A stretch of 64,000 nucleotides of DNA from Eledone cirrhosa (lineage: Eukaryota). The position numbers were made by a program, and so were the translations under genes. Each line of letters begins with the position of its first letter. Position 1 is the first letter of the stretch. Of the stretch, positions 52,496-64,000 are shown in pieces. The DNA lies in NCBI GenBank assembly GCA_964016885.1, contig OZ024742.1, positions 356,562,001-356,626,000 of the forward strand, read 5' to 3'. The notes under the pieces were generated by a model. That model did no database searches and was not told the origin of the DNA. It was given only the letters and a program-made list of their open reading frames with translations.

Positions 52496-52668
52496 TAGAT
52501 AGATAGGTAAATATACACGGGTGTGTATGATTGTGTATAGAAGATTATATTAATAAGAGGAATTCCAACTTTGTCTGATTTACTCGTTTTATTTACAATC
52601 CTTTAAAATATATATAATATGGTATATAATGAAATAGTATGATAGAATATTAAATTCTATGTGTTAAT

Positions 52669-52707
52669 TGAACAAGTACTTTCATGCTTTCGCAATCTTC
52701 AGGTTCA
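52669..52707 (-). ncRNA. Minimal type I hammerhead ribozyme (left arm, minus strand)
   Basis: Exact reverse complement of 53050-53088. Confidence 0.72.
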
Positions 52708-53049
52708 TGATATGTGGTGACAGTCGAGTTTGCAATTTTCAACTGTAATGAGATGGGTAAATTTACTACCTTTTATACATTTTATACAGAGAAAAGTGGC
52801 TCCAGAATGCAAAGCCCTGTAAACTGTATTTCGACCAATCAGTGTGTAGTTTCACTGAATTACTACAGCTGATTGGTTTAAGCGTCACGGCTGGTTGAGC
52901 ATGCTCAACCAGCCGTGATTGGTCGAAATACAGTTTACAGGGCTTTGCATTCTGGAGCCACTTTTCTCTGTATAAAATGTATAAAAGGTAGTAAATTTAC
53001 CCATCTCATTACAGTTGAAAATTGCAAACTCGACTGTCACCACATATCA

Positions 53050-53088
53050 TGAACCTGAAGATTGCGAAAGCATGAAAGTACTTGTTCA
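53050..53088 (+). ncRNA. Minimal type I hammerhead ribozyme (right arm)
   Basis: TGAAC-CTGAAGA-TTGC(GAAA)GCAT-GAAA-GTAC-TT-GTTCA: 5-bp stem I, GAAA-tetraloop stem II, palindromic GTAC stem III. Confidence 0.75.
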
Positions 53089-53208
53089 ATTAACACATAG
53101 AATTTAATATTCTATCATACTATTTCATTATAATACCATATTATATATATTTTAAAGGATTGTAAATAAAACGAGTAAATCAGACAAAGTTGGAATTCCT
53201 CTTATTAA

Positions 53209-53376
<168 letters not shown>

Positions 53377-53535
53377 TGTATATATATATACATATATAGA
53401 AATATATATATATACATATATATAAATATATAAATATAAATACATATATATATATATATATATAATGTATATATATATATATGCATATATATATAAATAT
53501 ATATATATATAATGTACATATGTATATATATATAC

Positions 53536-56348
<2,813 letters not shown>

Positions 56349-56586
56349 TATATATATATATATATATCTAATATATATATATATATATATAACGAAGGAA
56401 ATGTGGTAAGGAACCAGGTGGACCATAACGCACCAAAGTACTCAATACTTGAGGTAGTAGAGTGGGTAATAGGAACCAGTAAGACCCCGACAGCTGAGCT
56501 CAAGCCGTTTCGACGTCCAGAATTTCGCTGCGTCCAGAATTAGCCGTCGAAACGGCTTGAGCTCAGCTGTCGGGGTCTTACTGGTT

Positions 56587-57522
<936 letters not shown>

Positions 57523-57524
57523 AA

Positions 57525-57680
57525 AGGAACGATCGCCTTTTTTGTCAAATCGGACCGAGGGAACAATGTTTCCGTTGGTCTTTCCAATTGCTAATACTAT
57601 CTATCGGTCGCAACTCCAGATAGAAGGAGCAACGTTAAATAAAGTGTCTTGCACAAGGACATCACGCACTGCATAACGCA
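57525..57680 (-). mobile_element. CORE-like SINE fragment
   Basis: Minus strand GATGTCCTTGTGCAAGACACTTTATTTAACGTTGCTCC resembles 34650-34686. Confidence 0.5.
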
Positions 57681-57720
57681 TATATATATAAATATATATA
57701 TATATAATGTATATATATAA

Positions 57721-57813
<93 letters not shown>

Positions 57814-57897
57814 TACATTATTATATATATATATATTAGTAAATACTTGCTAGCATAGGTATACATCTGTATACATATGTTGGTAGATATACTAATT

Positions 57898-57934
<37 letters not shown>

Positions 57935-58028
57935 CTTCTGCGTTTACAGATTCACATTGCCAGTTTCAGAAGATCCCGTTAATGGTGAAAGCAGCGATTC
58001 TTTGCTTAAACTTCAATCTGATATTTTA

Positions 58029-58112
<84 letters not shown>

Positions 58113-58502
58113 TTTATTATATTTAGAGATTAAACTCTTAGTAGTTTACAATTAATCAGCTCAAAGAAAGAGGCATTTCCGAGCAGTGAAATACAAGTTA
58201 TATATTAATATATATGATAAACACAAAACGTGTTTGTATTGTAACAGACAAAGTTAGCTAGCAATGAAATAAACTAATTAAAGTGAATACAATTTGTCTG
58301 TCTCGACATAAGTCAATAAAGACAAGCTTATATTGGCAAAAGCCGTGATTCCTGGACAAATTTAAACTTCAAAATCCAAACCCGCTCCGTAGATGAATTT
58401 GAACTTCGAAACCCAAATATGTTTCGCAACGATGGTACATGAATTGAAAAATAAAGAGAATCGAAATGGAATTGAAATAAAAAGTGAAATATCCAAATCT
58501 TC

Positions 58503-58583
<81 letters not shown>

Positions 58584-58598
58584 ATATATATATATGTA

Positions 58599-58641
<43 letters not shown>

Positions 58642-58666
58642 ATATATATATATGTATATATGTATA

Positions 58667-58828
<162 letters not shown>

Positions 58829-58912
58829 CATATATATATATATATGCATATATATATATAGATATAGATATATATACATATATATATATACATATATATA
58901 TATACACACATA

Positions 58913-58993
<81 letters not shown>

Positions 58994-59179
58994 CCCAAGG
59001 CACTGATACCATCAACACTATAAACACAGAACTGGCATATCTAACAACTGACTAACTGCCTCAACGAGGTCATAGCCATTCAATGGCTCTCATCGAAGTA
59101 TATATAGCATTAAATAAAGGATTATAAGTTCATGCAATTGACTTATGTTTCGTCACTATATATATATACATATACATAC

Positions 59180-59256
<77 letters not shown>

Positions 59257-59277
59257 ATGTATATATATATATATATA

Positions 59278-59352
<75 letters not shown>

Positions 59353-59363
59353 CATATATATAA

Positions 59364-59397
<34 letters not shown>

Positions 59398-60002
59398 ATA
59401 GATATATATATATAATGTATATATATATATATATGTATATATATACCACGATAAATTAACGGAGCCATACACCCTCGCCATTCCCTGTAAATGATGTGTT
59501 CAAAGGAGGAGAAATCCTGAGCTCTTTAAAATACAATATGTTGAAAACGTAACACACCAGAGAGAGATATACAGTGCGCTATCAATAGAACAGGGAAAAA
59601 ACCACCAGTGTATGTAGTCTATAACCAATGAAAGGCAGACTATAGACACGATAATTAAAAATATAAATTAAAGCGTTAATAAATACCTCTATAACTATAT
59701 AACACACATATAAATCCAAAGAGATCTGTTTCGCCAGTAATTTGTTGACAGAAATGGAATAACCTCGGTTCCTCAGTGTGTGTAAGGCTATACATTTCAG
59801 ACAACACTGAGAGAATTTTAAAAGTGACTGTCCAGATACACGTGGGAGAGAGAAGTCACAGCGTGTTTAAAGGCAGTGGACACTGAGGGACGAGCTGCTA
59901 AAAAGGGCAGCCTCTTTTATTGATAGCGCACTGTATATCTCACTCTGGTGTGTTACCGTTTCAACATATTGCATTTATATATATATATATATATATAAAT
60001 AT

Positions 60003-60084
<82 letters not shown>

Positions 60085-60244
60085 AATACCTAATAAATTC
60101 CTTTTTTAACAAAAGCACTTTCATTTTATATTCATCCTTTCTACATTTCTCCGGAATATAATTTATACTCGTTGAGCAAACCTGCACGTACGCTGTTCAT
60201 CTCTAACGTAACGATATATTATCACTACATTATTGATAACCTGA

Positions 60245-60292
<48 letters not shown>

Positions 60293-60340
60293 GACGTAAA
60301 ATAAGAGAATTATGAAAATTGACTTACTTACTAAAATTTC

Positions 60341-60421
60341 ACTCCAAATAATTAGTTTCTGTAAGGGAATAAATATGGTTACGCAACATAATCACAGAGA
60401 AATCTTACGTCATCAGGGAGT
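60341..60421 (-). ncRNA. Type I hammerhead motif, minus-strand copy
   Basis: Reverse complement reads ACTCC-CTGATGA-CGTAAG...CTTACA-GAAA-CTAATTAT-TT-GGAGT (one stem III mismatch). Confidence 0.6.
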
Positions 60422-61099
60422 TTATTCTCAGCTAAGTTGCTAGGCAATGCGTGGACACAAGGAACTCATATAAAAATAATTCAATGGATGGAAAAAAGCG
60501 AGCGTGGACTAAATTCTAGGACATTGAAAAATTCACTGCCTGCTTGGTCAGTGGCAAATTCGAAAGAATCCATCACGTGACACTGAGGTTACTCAGTGAG
60601 GAGTGGGATGTTATTAAGACAAGGGCCTGACCACTACCATGAACCATAGTAATAATTTCGGCAAATTTTTACTCAACAAATAATTTGGAGATAATTATAA
60701 AGATTTAGTATATCTACCAACATATGTATACAGATGCATACCTATGCTAGCAAATATATATGTTTAGTCTTAGTAACTTTGTAGTTCAATGCAAGGGGAT
60801 GCAGAACAATTATATGAAAGAAGTAAAATAAGAGAATTATGAAAATTGACTTACTTACTAAAATGTTCAGTCCAACTTATTAGTAGTGGTCAGGCCCTTG
60901 TCTTAATAACATACCACTTCTCACTGATTAACCTAGGTGTTACGTGATTGATTCTTTCGAATTTGCCACTGACCAAACAGGCAGTGAATTTTTTCAATGT
61001 CCTGGAATTTAGTCCCCGCTCGCTTTTTTCCATCCATTGAATTATTTTTATATGAGTTCCATGTGTCCACGCATTGCCTAGGAACTTAGCTGAGAATAG

Positions 61100-61179
61100 A
61101 CTTCCTGATGACGTAAGTTTTCTCTGTGATACGTTGCGTAACCATATTTATTCCCTTACAGAAACTAATTAGTTGGAGT
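61100..61179 (+). ncRNA. Type I hammerhead motif with intact core
   Basis: ACTTC-CTGATGA-CGTAAG...CTTACA-GAAA-CTAATTAG-TT-GGAGT. Confidence 0.72.
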
Positions 61180-61341
61180 TAAAATTTTAGTAAGTCAATG
61201 TTCATAAATCTCTTATTTTACGTCTTTCATATAATTGTTCTGCATCCCCTTGCATTGAACTACAAAGTTACTAAGACTAAACATATATATTTGCTAGCAT
61301 AGGTATGCATCTGTATACATAGGTTGGTAGATATACTAATT

Positions 61342-61422
<81 letters not shown>

Positions 61423-61540
61423 TACATATATATATATATTCACTTCTGCGTTTACAGATTGACTTTGTCAGTTTCAGAAGATCCCGTTAAGAGTGAAAGC
61501 AGCGATTCTTTGCTTAAACTTTAATCTGTTATTTTAATAA

Positions 61541-61764
<224 letters not shown>

Positions 61765-62154
61765 TTTATTATATTTAGAGATTAAACTCTTAGTAGTTTA
61801 CAATTAATCAGCTCAAAGAAAGAGGCATTTCCGAGCAGTGAAATACAAGTTATATATTAATATATATGATAAACACAAAACGTGTTTGTATTGTAACAGA
61901 CAAAGTTAGCTAGCAATGAAATAAACTAATTAAAGTGAATACAATTTGTCTGTCTCGACATAAGTCAATAAAGACAAGCTTATATTGGCAAAAGCCGTGA
62001 TTCCTGGACAAATTTAAACTTCAAAATCCAAACCCGCTCCGTAGATGAATTTGAACTTCGAAACCCAAATATGTTTCGCAACGATGGTACATGAATTGAA
62101 AAATAAAGAGAATCGAAATGGAATTGAAATAAAAAGTGAAATATCCAAATCTTC

Positions 62155-62235
<81 letters not shown>

Positions 62236-62250
62236 ATATATATATATGTA

Positions 62251-62293
<43 letters not shown>

Positions 62294-62316
62294 ATATATA
62301 TATATGTATATATGTA

Positions 62317-62478
<162 letters not shown>

Positions 62479-62562
62479 CATATATATATATATATGCATA
62501 TATATATATAGATATAGATATATATACATATATATATATACATATATATATATACACACATA

Positions 62563-62645
<83 letters not shown>

Positions 62646-62831
62646 CCCAAGGCACTGATACCATCAACACTATAAACACAGAACTGGCATATCTAACAAC
62701 TGACTAACTGCCTCAACGAGGTCATAGCCATTCAATGGCTCTCATCGAAGTATATATAGCATTAAATAAAGGATTATAAGTTCATGCAATTGACTTATGT
62801 TTCGTCACTATATATATATACATATACATAC

Positions 62832-62906
<75 letters not shown>

Positions 62907-62927
62907 ATGTATATATATATATATATA

Positions 62928-63000
<73 letters not shown>

Positions 63001-63011
63001 CATATATATAA

Positions 63012-63045
<34 letters not shown>

Positions 63046-63648
63046 ATAGATATATATATATAATGTATATATATATATATATGTATATATATACCACGAT
63101 AAATTAACGGAGCCATACACCCTCGCCATTCCCTGTAAATGATGTGTTCAAAGGAGGAGAAATCCTGAGCTCTTTAAAATACAATATGTTGAAAACGTAA
63201 CACACCAGAGAGAGATATACAGTGCGCTATCAATAGAACAGGGAAAAAACCACCAGTGTATGTAGTCTATAACCAATGAAAGGCAGACTATAGACACGAT
63301 AATTAAAAATATAAATTAAAGCGTTAATAAATACCTCTATAACTATATAACACACATATAAATCCAAAGAGATCTGTTTCGCCAGTAATTTGTTGACAGA
63401 AATGGAATAACCTCGGTTCCTCAGTGTGTGTAAGGCTATACATTTCAGACAACACTGAGAGAATTTTAAAAGTGACTGTCCAGATACACGTGGGAGAGAG
63501 AAGTCACAGCGTGTTTAAAGGCAGTGGACACTGAGGGACGAGCTGCTAAAAAGGGCAGCCTCTTTTATTGATAGCGCACTGTATATCTCACTCTGGTGTG
63601 TTACCGTTTCAACATATTGCATTTATATATATATATATATATATAAAT

Positions 63649-63717
<69 letters not shown>

Positions 63718-63877
63718 AATACCTAATAAATTCCTTTTTTAACAAAAGCACTTTCATTTTATATTCATCCTTTCTACATTTCTCCGGAATATAATTTATA
63801 CTCGTTGAGCAAACCTGCACGTACGCTGTTCATCTCTAACGTAACGATATATTATCACTACATTATTGATAACCTGA

Positions 63878-63923
<46 letters not shown>

Positions 63924-64000
63924 GACGTAAAATAAGAGAATTATGAAAATTGACTTACTTACTAAAATTTCACTCCAAATAATTAGTTTCTGTAAGGGAA

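Larger units (their letters stand above)
52550..53208. repeat. Fold-back element with ~292-bp near-perfect inverted arms and a central 34-bp perfect palindrome
   Basis: Arms at 52550-52841 and 52916-53208 (one 1-nt indel seen). Palindrome TCACGGCTGGTTGAGCATGCTCAACCAGCCGTGA at 52885-52918. Flanked by TA-rich repeats. Confidence 0.95.

Noticed and set aside
58240-58326. Possible fossil hammerhead on the minus strand (TTGT...GAC TTAT GTC GAGA CAGACAAA...TTTGTCTG TT ACAA)
   Set aside because: The stems fit, but both core boxes are too degenerate to support a call.

Overview
Repeat-saturated, AT-rich animal genomic DNA. I could not support any host protein-coding gene. The repeat repertoire (tRNA-derived Nin/Deu-domain SINEs, RTE and CR1 LINEs, very long (TA)n/(TG)n tracts) suggests a cephalopod such as Octopus (inference). 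From left to right: the 3' end of a Tx1/L1-type LINE; an apparently intact R4/Dong-type RLE retrotransposon (1216 aa) next to a (TAA)n tract; a ~17.9-kb satellite of 47-bp units that is the amplified A-box head of a single tRNA-derived SINE copy, with a 1199-bp higher-order repeat; then ~40 kb of nested decayed Penelope-like elements (PLEs), RTE and CR1 LINEs and SINEs. The most striking signal not explained by the ORF track is a set of about ten distinct short non-coding modules, mostly between (TA)n tracts. They carry type I hammerhead ribozyme motifs, usually with palindromic stem III, and/or fold-back inverted repeats, consistent with PLE pLTRs or retrozyme-like RNAs. The window ends in a ~3.65-kb tandem duplication. 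All YI/YIYI/CV-rich ORFs are microsatellite artefacts.
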